DNA of 64,000 nt, taken from the NCBI GenBank assembly GCA_963698075.1, contig OY969116.1, positions 862,131-926,130 of the forward strand. Direction: 5' to 3'. The stretch comes from an uncultured Candidatus Berkelbacteria bacterium. Its GTDB lineage: Bacteria > Patescibacteriota > UBA1384 > UBA12157 > JAENIV01. Position 1 is the stretch's first letter. The number at the start of each line of letters is the position of its first letter. Below are positions 18,072 through 25,808 of the stretch, in pieces. The notes beneath the pieces were generated by a model. That model made no database searches, was not told the origin of the DNA, and was given only the letters and a program-made list of their open reading frames with translations. A program made the translations under genes and the position numbers.

Positions 18072-18521
18072 ATGGCATTAATTTATGAAACAGAAAACTT
18101 TATTGTTGAGGCCGCTGACAAGCCGCATGTGACAAGAACTGATGGCGGACATATTCGAATTCTTCCAAAAAAAGAAGTTGTGGACCGGACTGAACTAAGT
18201 CCAGAAAAAGCCAAAGAATTGATGCGGTTGACAATGATTGTCGGCGAAGCAATGGCGCAGGGCTTGAATAATCGCGGTGTCAATATTGGGCGGATTAATT
18301 ATCAAGACATGGGAAATTGGACGCCAACATTTCATATCCAAATTTATGGCCGTGCCAAAGATGCGAAAATTCAAAAATTCGGCGATGCAGTTCAGCTGCC
18401 TCAGCGCGATACCGGCTTCTACGATAATTTTGAACCGCTCAACGTTGGCGATATCGCCGAAATCCGAAAATTGATTGAAGAAATTTCAAAAAGGGATAAA
18501 TATAATTTAAAAAACTGGTAG
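18072..18521 (+). CDS. HIT-like hydrolase
   Basis: PHVTRTDGGHI, INYQDMGNW, FHIQIYGR (degenerate HxHxH). Confidence 0.65.
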   Translation: MALIYETENFIVEAADKPHVTRTDGGHIRILPKKEVVDRTELSPEKAKELMRLTMIVGEAMAQGLNNRGVNIGRINYQDMGNWTPTFHIQIYGRAKDAKIQKFGDAVQLPQRDTGFYDNFEPLNVGDIAEIRKLIEEISKRDKYNLKNW

Positions 18522-18532
18522 CCGATTTGACA
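18520..18532 (+). repeat. AGCCGATTTGAC boundary motif, copy 2
   Basis: Overlaps TAG stop of 18072-18521. Confidence 0.8.
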
Positions 18533-18553
18533 CCCCGCTTGCGAGGGAAAATT

Positions 18554-18988
18554 ATGGATCTGATTAGTATTAAAAAAATCACAAGTTCAAAAGAATTAAA
18601 AGATGCTTTTAAAATTCGCCACAAAGTTTTTGTAATCGAACAAAAAGTCGATCCAGCTTTAGAGATTGATGGTTTAGATGAAGAATGTGATCAGTTTTTG
18701 GTATATTATGAGAGCCGGCCGATTGGTACCGCTCGGGTGAGATATCTCGATAGTAATGAAGCGAAAATAGAAAGAATGGCCATTCTGAAAGAATTTCGGG
18801 GCAAAAATATCGGGAGCGAGCTCTTAAAATTTATTATGGGTTATCTTAAAAATAAAAGAATTAAAACAGCAGTTTTAAATGCACAAATTCATGCAAAGAA
18901 ATTTTATGGAAAATTCGGTTTTAAAGGGGAGGATGCTGTTTTTAAAGAAGCCGGTATCGATCATGTAGAAATGAAGAAGGATTTATGA
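18554..18988 (+). CDS. GNAT acetyltransferase (ElaA-like)
   Basis: IRHKVFVIEQ, FRGKNIG, NAQ..A..FY.KFGF, EAGIDH. Confidence 0.88.
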   Translation: MDLISIKKITSSKELKDAFKIRHKVFVIEQKVDPALEIDGLDEECDQFLVYYESRPIGTARVRYLDSNEAKIERMAILKEFRGKNIGSELLKFIMGYLKNKRIKTAVLNAQIHAKKFYGKFGFKGEDAVFKEAGIDHVEMKKDL

Positions 18989-19590
18989 AACTATATTTAA
19001 CTTCAGTGGCATCACAATCACTTGATAAAATTGTGCAAGAACTGCCTCAAAAGCCGGCGGAGCTTAAAGTTCTTTTTATTCCCACCGCGGCCGATACTTA
19101 TGCAAAAGACAATCGGCCGTGGTTTGATGCTGACCGCGATAAATTTATTGAACTTGGATTTAAGCTTGAAGATTTTGATTTGAAAGGGAAATCCGAAGAC
19201 GAAGTCCGCGCGGCTCTATCGAAAACCGACATCATTTTCGTCTCCGGCGGGAACACTTTTTATTTACTTGAACATGTCAAAAAAAGTGGCTTTGATAAAG
19301 TTTTGAGGGAGCTAAAAGATAGCGATAAAATCTACATTGGTTCGAGTGCCGGTTCAATCATTCTTGGCCCGAATATCGAACCGATCAAATCCTTCGACGA
19401 TCCCTCCGCCGCCAAATTGGATAATTATGACGGCATCGGTCTTGTTGACTTCGTCGTTCTGCCCCATTGGGGCAAAGAAAAATACGCCGCAAGGCAAGAA
19501 AAAGTCATCAAAGAATTTGATAAAAAATATAAACTCAAGCCAATTAAAGATGGGGAGATGATAACGGTTCAGGTCTTGAGGCGTTATTAA
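18985..19590 (+). CDS. Peptidase S51 (peptidase E-like)
   Basis: FIPTA, VSGGNTFYL, GSSAG, LPH. Confidence 0.88.
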   Translation: MKLYLTSVASQSLDKIVQELPQKPAELKVLFIPTAADTYAKDNRPWFDADRDKFIELGFKLEDFDLKGKSEDEVRAALSKTDIIFVSGGNTFYLLEHVKKSGFDKVLRELKDSDKIYIGSSAGSIILGPNIEPIKSFDDPSAAKLDNYDGIGLVDFVVLPHWGKEKYAARQEKVIKEFDKKYKLKPIKDGEMITVQVLRRY

Positions 19591-19599
19591 GGAGTAAAA

Positions 19600-19944
19600 A
19601 TGTTAGAACAAGAAAAAGGAATGCCTTCTAGGGAAGAAATCATAGCTGAGATTAGGCGTCAGCTAAGTGTTGGAGGTTTATTAGGAAAACATGAAATTGC
19701 CGAGCAAGTTGAGGCAATTGATTGGGCGGGTCGTACGGAGTTGGAAAGACAAAAAACATTTTATCAAAGTAAAATTACTGCGACGGAGAAAAATCTCTCT
19801 TCAGAACCCAAGGGTCCAGCTATGAGGGAAATGGAGCGAGCTGGATCGAGACGAATTGGACATTATGAGAGAATGGTGTCTTTGTTGGATCAACTGATTA
19901 CCTTGACTCCCGAAGAGGAAGAGTCTAAAGCCGATCTAAGATAG
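19600..19944 (+). CDS. Hypothetical protein
   Basis: AGGAG SD, 114 aa. Confidence 0.65.
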   Translation: MLEQEKGMPSREEIIAEIRRQLSVGGLLGKHEIAEQVEAIDWAGRTELERQKTFYQSKITATEKNLSSEPKGPAMREMERAGSRRIGHYERMVSLLDQLITLTPEEEESKADLR

Positions 19945-19954
19945 GGAGATGGTC

Positions 19955-19980
19955 AACACCTCAACGGGGTGAGGTGTTAG
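19955..19980. repeat. Palindromic repeat, copy 1
   Basis: AACACCTCA-ACGGGG-TGAGGTGTTAG; reverse complement (1 mismatch) at 23895-23920. Confidence 0.8.
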
Positions 19981-19990
19981 GGAGGAGAAA

Positions 19991-20218
19991 ATGAAAAGAA
20001 TATTGATTATCTTGGGAATTATTATTTTGGCTGGCATGCTTTATTTTGCCGGTAAATATACTTACTATTATATTCAGGTTAAACAAATCAATACTTTTGA
20101 TGCTTGTGTCAAAGCCGGATATAAAATTACAATATATCCGAACGGAACAGACCCTTCGAAATGCACTTTGCCCGACGGCCGCGAACTTTTTGATAAAGTT
20201 TATGGGCCGGATAATTAA
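19991..20218 (+). CDS. Small membrane-anchored protein with Cys pair
   Basis: N-terminal TM; INTFDACVKAGY..P.KCTLPDGR. Confidence 0.75.
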   Translation: MKRILIILGIIILAGMLYFAGKYTYYYIQVKQINTFDACVKAGYKITIYPNGTDPSKCTLPDGRELFDKVYGPDN

Positions 20219-20222
20219 ATCT

Positions 20223-20242
20223 AGCCGATTTGACAGCGGGGA
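20223..20242 (+). repeat. AGCCGATTTGAC boundary motif, copy 3
   Basis: AGCCGATTTGACAGCGGGGA, identical to 20895-20914. Confidence 0.9.
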
Positions 20243-20324
20243 CTATAAATGGGCTTGCTCTGCAGGCCATTTTATGGTATAACAACATCAGCCCGAAAGG
20301 GGAGTCAACAAGGAGGATAAACCG

Positions 20325-20819
20325 ATGAAGGTCGGGAAGATCATCTGGGATGTCGTGAAGGTCGTCTTGATGGTCGCTGTCGTGGTACTCGTTGTCTGGT
20401 TCTATCTTGGGGTACACCACAGCATGGTTGAGCAAGCTGCTTTCATGGCGAAAGCCAAGGCAAGCCAGACCATGATGCCTCGCGAACACATCTACATCGA
20501 TCCTCATCAGGTAGTGAAGATCCGCGAGATGCCGCTCGGTAGCCGTGGCTGGGCAATCGCTGAAGCGATTGTTGTTGGCAAAGGGGGTCGGTGTCTTCTT
20601 GACCTTGATGAATACGTAGAACTCAAGGTTAAGCCGGACCGCCCGGCGGTGGAACTCCGTTACCGAAAAGACGGCTTCTACGAGGCGACCGTTCTCGACA
20701 GTAGTATCAGTTGGGAACCGAAGGACGTAACCGGGTCCGAACATGAGAGCGATAGGAGCCTCTGCTATTTCCCACTCCGCGTCAGCTTCGCTGACAGCCA
20801 GAAGGCTGACGCGCGATGA
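20325..20819 (+). CDS. GC-rich hypothetical membrane-anchored protein
   Basis: AAGGAGG SD, N-terminal TM, own hairpin downstream. Confidence 0.75.
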   Translation: MKVGKIIWDVVKVVLMVAVVVLVVWFYLGVHHSMVEQAAFMAKAKASQTMMPREHIYIDPHQVVKIREMPLGSRGWAIAEAIVVGKGGRCLLDLDEYVELKVKPDRPAVELRYRKDGFYEATVLDSSISWEPKDVTGSEHESDRSLCYFPLRVSFADSQKADAR

Positions 20820-20835
20820 GCGCTCGTGACTTCAC

Positions 20836-20863
20836 GTGGGCGGCGGCACGTGCCGCCGCCCAC
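20836..20863 (+). terminator. Perfect GC hairpin after orphan gene
   Basis: GTGGGCGGCGGCA-CG-TGCCGCCGCCCAC. Confidence 0.55.
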
Positions 20864-20894
20864 CAAACTTTACTTAAAATTATTAAAATATTTC

Positions 20895-20914
20895 AGCCGA
20901 TTTGACAGCGGGGA
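20895..20914 (+). repeat. AGCCGATTTGAC boundary motif, copy 4
   Basis: Identical 20-mer to 20223-20242. Confidence 0.9.
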
Positions 20915-20957
20915 TAATTAAATAATCCACGAGGGTAGGGCGTTTGCGAGGAGAAAA

Positions 20958-21506
20958 ATGAAGCAGGAAATTGATCAAATCAAACAAGGCCATACTGAAA
21001 TTCAAAAAGCGATAAAATATCTAGTTGATTCATGTTTGGATGAAAATGGGATATCGAAAATTGCTAATCCCAAGCCGGTTGTCCTGCATTCAATAAGAGT
21101 CGGGATGATTTTGTTAAATTACAATTATTCAAAAGAAATTGTAATAGCGGGGATCTTACATGACGTGATTGAGGATGCAGAAATTTCAAAAGAAAAAATC
21201 GCTGAAAAATTTGGGAATAAAATCGCGGCGATTGTTTGGGTGGTTTCGCACGATGCAAATATCGCCGATGACCAATTGAGAACAAAGACTTTGCACTCAA
21301 ATATGAAAGAAGCTGGAAAAGATACGGTGATTGTTTCCATCGCCGATCATATTGATAATTTTCCGTATTTAATATATGCCAAAGATGACGAAGAGCGCGA
21401 ATGGGTTCGTACAAAATGGCTTAAATTTTTCGATGAAGTTGCGTTATTGGCAAAAGACGAGCCAATTTATGAAGAGCTAAAAGAACAAATTGAGAAAATT
21501 AGATAG
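20958..21506 (+). CDS. HD-domain protein, small alarmone hydrolase-like
   Basis: HSIRVG, AGILHDVIED, IADHIDN resemble the RelA/SpoT hydrolase domain. Confidence 0.75.
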   Translation: MKQEIDQIKQGHTEIQKAIKYLVDSCLDENGISKIANPKPVVLHSIRVGMILLNYNYSKEIVIAGILHDVIEDAEISKEKIAEKFGNKIAAIVWVVSHDANIADDQLRTKTLHSNMKEAGKDTVIVSIADHIDNFPYLIYAKDDEEREWVRTKWLKFFDEVALLAKDEPIYEELKEQIEKIR

Positions 21507-21527
21507 CCGATTTGACACCCGGCGATT
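21505..21527 (+). repeat. AGCCGATTTGAC boundary motif, copy 5
   Basis: AGCCGATTTGACACCCGGCGATT overlapping TAG stop. Confidence 0.85.
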
Positions 21528-21543
21528 AAATGAAAGGAGAAAA

Positions 21544-21789
21544 ATGACGACCATATGGGTTATCTTAGGAATCATATCGTTGGTACTTTTGACGATATAC
21601 TGGAAAAATAGAAATGCAGTTTGGGGCGGGTTAACTGCTGGAATAATCATTGCATTAATAATAGCGTTAGTATTTCTGTTTAAAGGTAATGGATTTAATT
21701 GGTACGTTTTAATTAAAGGCGCAATTATCGGAACAATTGCAGGAGTGCTCGCTGAGTTATTAGGCGTGTTAGGTAAAAAAAATAAATAA
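21544..21789 (+). CDS. Small three-TM membrane protein
   Basis: AAAGGAG SD; NAVWGGLTAG. Confidence 0.75.
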   Translation: MTTIWVILGIISLVLLTIYWKNRNAVWGGLTAGIIIALIIALVFLFKGNGFNWYVLIKGAIIGTIAGVLAELLGVLGKKNK

Positions 21790-21816
21790 TTTTTCTTGGC
21801 GCTTCTTTAAAACACA

Positions 21817-22956
21817 ATGAATGTAGAATTCAAAAAAAATAGTAGATACACCTGTGAATATTTTAGTGTGGACTGGCTCAGAAAGGAAATCGAAGATTTT
21901 AGATCACTTAGAAGCGACTATCCCAGTGATTCGATTTGTGCACTGAATTTGTCTTTTGAGTCTAAGACGCATCCGCTCGTTAAAGATATATTGAGTTCTC
22001 ACGCAAGTATACCTAAGGCTCTCGATTTTTCTCTCAATAATCCGAAGTCTCAAGGTGGAATCTCTTTGTGCCTGCTGGGCAGAGATCTCCATTTGCTCAA
22101 GGAGGAGATGGCTCGAAAAGGAAGACGGATCATTAAGAGTCTCCAGGACCCAAATAATTATGAAACTGTTCGATTTGAATTAGCAGTTGCTGCTGCTCAT
22201 AAAATAATTGGTCTAACATCAGATTTTGCTTCTGTGAACTCTGATAAGCCTGATTTAAAAATATCAAACGGTGAAAATTATTTTTTTGCTGAGTGTAAGT
22301 CTAAACAAAATCTTTTCGGATCAACTATTCTTGAATTAGCAGAGGATTTGTTTTTAAGACTACGAGAAAATAAGGATGAAAATAAAATGATAAAAATACC
22401 CTTTTCTCTACTCAGTGAAAGTGCTGGCGAAATCATCCAAAAACTTTCTCAGAAGCTTCCACCGATAAATCCTCAACTAAAATCGAAATTTACTGCATGG
22501 GGGCATTTCAAAGGTGCTACCTATCTAACCGATACAGCAGATTATCTAGTTATTTCTGATGGTAAAACAAAAAACTTAATTTTAATCGAAAAAAGGCGTT
22601 GGAACGGAATACCTAAATTCTATTTTGATAATCTAGATGATGCTATTAAAAAATCTTATGAAGCTGATAAACCTTATGTAGTTTATATTGATCCGGGAAT
22701 ATACGCTGAGGAAATCCATTCTAAAGAAAAAGCGAAAGAAATGCTACAAACAATTTACGAAGATTATAAAAACCAAGTTAGTTCCATTGTGCTGTTCAGA
22801 TTTCGTCCGTTTGCTGACGCAAAAAATAAAATCTGTTGGGGTAAAGGGTTTTTTGTCTACGGAGCTTGTCAGAGGTCACCTGCTAGATTTTTTGGAAGCG
22901 AAAAGGAAGATCACTTTTTATATATTCGTGATTCAGGATTGGAAATTACTGAATAA
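21817..22956 (+). CDS. Hypothetical protein with PD-(D/E)xK restriction-endonuclease-like motif
   Basis: FELAVAA...KPDLKI...FFAECKSK. Confidence 0.6.
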   Translation: MNVEFKKNSRYTCEYFSVDWLRKEIEDFRSLRSDYPSDSICALNLSFESKTHPLVKDILSSHASIPKALDFSLNNPKSQGGISLCLLGRDLHLLKEEMARKGRRIIKSLQDPNNYETVRFELAVAAAHKIIGLTSDFASVNSDKPDLKISNGENYFFAECKSKQNLFGSTILELAEDLFLRLRENKDENKMIKIPFSLLSESAGEIIQKLSQKLPPINPQLKSKFTAWGHFKGATYLTDTADYLVISDGKTKNLILIEKRRWNGIPKFYFDNLDDAIKKSYEADKPYVVYIDPGIYAEEIHSKEKAKEMLQTIYEDYKNQVSSIVLFRFRPFADAKNKICWGKGFFVYGACQRSPARFFGSEKEDHFLYIRDSGLEITE

Positions 22957-23126
22957 GAGTTAGACCAAAATTATTTAAATAGAAAAATCAAGAAAGCGCC
23001 AAAGAAATCCCAGGTGAGATAGACAATGTCATCTCACGGGATAAATAACCGCACTCTGCCGGCGGCGGGAGGTCTCGGTAAAAGCGAAGGGAGGAGACAA
23101 GCTCCTCCCATTTGGGCGGGCATCTT

Positions 23127-23477
23127 TCAGCCGCCTCGTTCTGCTCGGACTCTGGCCTGGGCTGCAACGTAGGCCTCCTCGTGGGCGCGGTACTCGGGGC
23201 TGTCGACTGGTATCCCGCGGGCCAACAGGTTCATCCCTTCTGACATCAGGCGAAGCTCTTCGGCCTCGGCCTCGGTCGGTGCCGCGTTCAGGCGGTTGAG
23301 CGGCGGGATTCGCGCCTTCTCGGCGTCCGAGAAGCCATCGACATTCACTTGTGGGATACTCGGGGTGCTGGATGCCGTTCCTGTGACGGCGTCGTGGCCA
23401 TAGCCACAGCTGAAGCAACGGTAGCGGCCATGGTCATCCTCGACAACCATCTCCTCTTTACAGCGAGGGCATTTCAT
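23127..23477 (-). CDS. GC-rich hypothetical protein with N-terminal zinc ribbon
   Basis: GGAAAGG SD; MKCPRC...CFSCG. Confidence 0.7.
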   Translation of the reverse strand: MKCPRCKEEMVVEDDHGRYRCFSCGYGHDAVTGTASSTPSIPQVNVDGFSDAEKARIPPLNRLNAAPTEAEAEELRLMSEGMNLLARGIPVDSPEYRAHEEAYVAAQARVRAERGG

Positions 23478-23577
23478 GGCAGTCCTTTCCTGAAGTCGGG
23501 ATCTAACTATATATTAATAGAAAAATTTTTTTAAACAAGCTCGCACTCTGCCAGGCGGACAGTGATATAATAAAAAT

Positions 23578-23898
23578 ATGATTTACATAATTATTGCTCT
23601 TATCGTTGGTTTTGGGCTCGGGTGGTTTTTGAAACCGAGAGAGAGCCGCCCCAGTGAGATACAAAAAAATCTCACGGGGCAAGGATTTATCAGCGAATCG
23701 GTGGAGAAGAAAGAGGAGAATTTAGCAAAAGCAAGAGTATACATTAAAGGCAAGGAAAAGATCACCAATGATGAGCTTCAAAAAGCCCTTGGCGTTTCCG
23801 ACGCAACAATTGTTAGATATTTAGACGAACTCGAAAAAGAAGGTCTCATTAAACAGGTCGGCAAAACCGGCAAGTATACTTACTACGAAGTTCTCTAA
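23578..23898 (+). CDS. Membrane-anchored winged-helix (DeoR-like HTH) protein
   Basis: N-terminal TM; ITNDELQKALGVSDATIVRYLDELEKEG. Confidence 0.8.
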   Translation: MIYIIIALIVGFGLGWFLKPRESRPSEIQKNLTGQGFISESVEKKEENLAKARVYIKGKEKITNDELQKALGVSDATIVRYLDELEKEGLIKQVGKTGKYTYYEVL

Positions 23899-23920
23899 CA
23901 CCTCATCCCGTTGAGGTGTT
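23895..23920. repeat. Palindromic repeat, copy 2 (inverted)
   Basis: CTAACACCTCATCCCGTTGAGGTGTT. Confidence 0.8.
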
Positions 23921-23932
23921 AAATCTAGACGA

Positions 23933-23966
23933 TATTCTATTATTCTATAGAATATGCGAATGTCAT
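23933..23966 (+). repeat. 34-bp AT-rich repeat, copy 2
   Basis: TATTCTATTATTCTATAGAATATGCGAATGTCAT. Confidence 0.85.
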
Positions 23967-24110
23967 CAAGAATAAACAGAGTCATCTAGCACACTTCGAT
24001 TAAAATTTAATCTAAGTGGATAGAATTTAGTTGAAGCCGCGAAAAATCATTGACTTCATATTGTTTTTTTGATAAATTTTCATTAGAACTCTTTAAGGGG
24101 GTGAACAGCG

Positions 24111-24563
24111 GTGGAAAGAACAATTGAGAGACCAAGACCAACAGGTCTTTGTGATCATCGAGAATTGTGCGGTCTTTGGAACGCTATTATGCATGTTCTT
24201 CATGAAGTCGCTGTTTACGAACCCGGCTGTGGTCAATGGCTCATTCCACTCACCATCAAAGGATTCTATTTAAGTACTTTGGGGGAGTTCTTCCATCAAG
24301 AATTTGACGAACCATTTGAGCAACTTACGCCCGATGAAATGGTCGAGCAAGTTCTTGAAGGCGTTAAGGATAATCTTCCTTCGACTGTTATCCGTTCAGT
24401 CATTGAAGCTATCCTTGAGGCCAGGAGGAAACGTGGGAAAGAGATTGATCCGTATGATGTGGCTCTGGGCGAAGTGGCAGTTGGGCTAGGCGTTTGGGCA
24501 AGACAACTTCTACCTGATTGGATTCACTATCGTGATTTGCTTCTGTCTCGGTCTCGGTTTTAG
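24111..24563 (+). CDS. Hypothetical protein
   Basis: GGGGGTG SD, GTG start, own promoter and terminator (24546-24578). Confidence 0.65.
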   Translation: MERTIERPRPTGLCDHRELCGLWNAIMHVLHEVAVYEPGCGQWLIPLTIKGFYLSTLGEFFHQEFDEPFEQLTPDEMVEQVLEGVKDNLPSTVIRSVIEAILEARRKRGKEIDPYDVALGEVAVGLGVWARQLLPDWIHYRDLLLSRSRF

Positions 24564-24662
24564 GACCGAGACTTTTTCTTATCGGAAAGATATGTTAAAA
24601 TAGTTCTACTATGAAGGAGAAGAATTCTCTTTCAGAGAAAAATATGGTAGAATATTTTTACT

Positions 24663-25808
24663 ATGGTTAAGAAAAAAAGAGTTATTATCGCTATGTCTGG
24701 CGGGGTGGATTCGTCAGTGGCCGCGGCTTTACTTAAAAAACAAGGCTACGAAGTAATTGGTATTTTTATGAAGCTTTGGTCCCCCTCCGCTGAAGCTACG
24801 GGGGATAAATCCGATAAAGAAACAGGGACGGCGGCTCGGTCAGTTTGCCATAAATTAGACATCCCTTTTTATGTCGTCAATTTCCAAAAAGAATTTAAAT
24901 ATGCGGTCGTGGATTATTATGTCAAAGAGTACGAAGAAGGTCGAACCCCAAATCCTTGCGTGATTTGTAATCGCGACATCAAGGGCGAAATTTTAATGCG
25001 CAAAGCTCTTGAAATGGAAGCCGATTTTTTAGCCACCGGACACTATGCCCGCCGCGTAGCGGCGGGAAATCCTAAGCTCGAAATCCGAAATCCGAAACTC
25101 AAGGAATACTATTTATATACTGCTAAAGACAAAACAAAAGATCAGACTTATTTTTTATGGACGCTGACTCAAAAACATTTAGCAAAATTATTATTTCCTA
25201 TCGGCGATTATACCAAAATAGAAGTTCGCCAGATGGCCAAGAGATGGCAATTGCCGACCGCCGCCCGTAAAGAATCTCAAGGAATCTGTTTTATTCCTGA
25301 CCGTGACATTTGCGGCTTCTTGCGGCGGCATGCCAAAAAGTTGACCAAGCCAGGACCGATATTCGACAAAACGGGTAAAAAATTGGGTCTTCATAATGGT
25401 TTAATCGATTATACTATCGGTCAACGCGAACGCTTGGGAATTGGTGGTTCTCGAGCGTATTATGTGGTAAAATTAAATAGACGCGATAATAGTTTGATTG
25501 TTGGCGCAGAAGAAGATCTTTATGCGAAAGAATTAATCGCGAGGGATTTGAATTGGATTCGGCCACAAATAAGCGAGCAAATAGAATTGTCAAAAATTGG
25601 TGGGAGTATCCGCTACGGTCATCCAATTGAAGCATGTAAAATCGATTTTGAAAGTAATGATCAAGTTAAAGTAATTTTCGACGAGCCCCAGCGAGCCATT
25701 GCCCCCGGACAATCGATTGTTTTCTACCTGCCTTGCCGGCAGGCAGGTAACAGTGATGAAGTTTTGGGCGGCGGCATTATCAAGGAGTCACTTGAAAGTA
25801 TTCACTAA
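24663..25808 (+). CDS. mnmA: tRNA 2-thiouridine(34) synthase
   Basis: AMSGGVDSS, TPNPCVICN, ATGHYA, KDQTYFL, ESQGICF, APGQ. Confidence 0.95.
   Translation: MVKKKRVIIAMSGGVDSSVAAALLKKQGYEVIGIFMKLWSPSAEATGDKSDKETGTAARSVCHKLDIPFYVVNFQKEFKYAVVDYYVKEYEEGRTPNPCVICNRDIKGEILMRKALEMEADFLATGHYARRVAAGNPKLEIRNPKLKEYYLYTAKDKTKDQTYFLWTLTQKHLAKLLFPIGDYTKIEVRQMAKRWQLPTAARKESQGICFIPDRDICGFLRRHAKKLTKPGPIFDKTGKKLGLHNGLIDYTIGQRERLGIGGSRAYYVVKLNRRDNSLIVGAEEDLYAKELIARDLNWIRPQISEQIELSKIGGSIRYGHPIEACKIDFESNDQVKVIFDEPQRAIAPGQSIVFYLPCRQAGNSDEVLGGGIIKESLESIH

Noticed and set aside
11698-21527. AGCCGATTTGAC copies as a CRISPR array or as simple promoters
   Set aside because: Spacing is gene-sized and irregular with no cas genes; no -10 hexamer 16-18 bp after TTGACA in the copies, and copy 1 reads TTGACC
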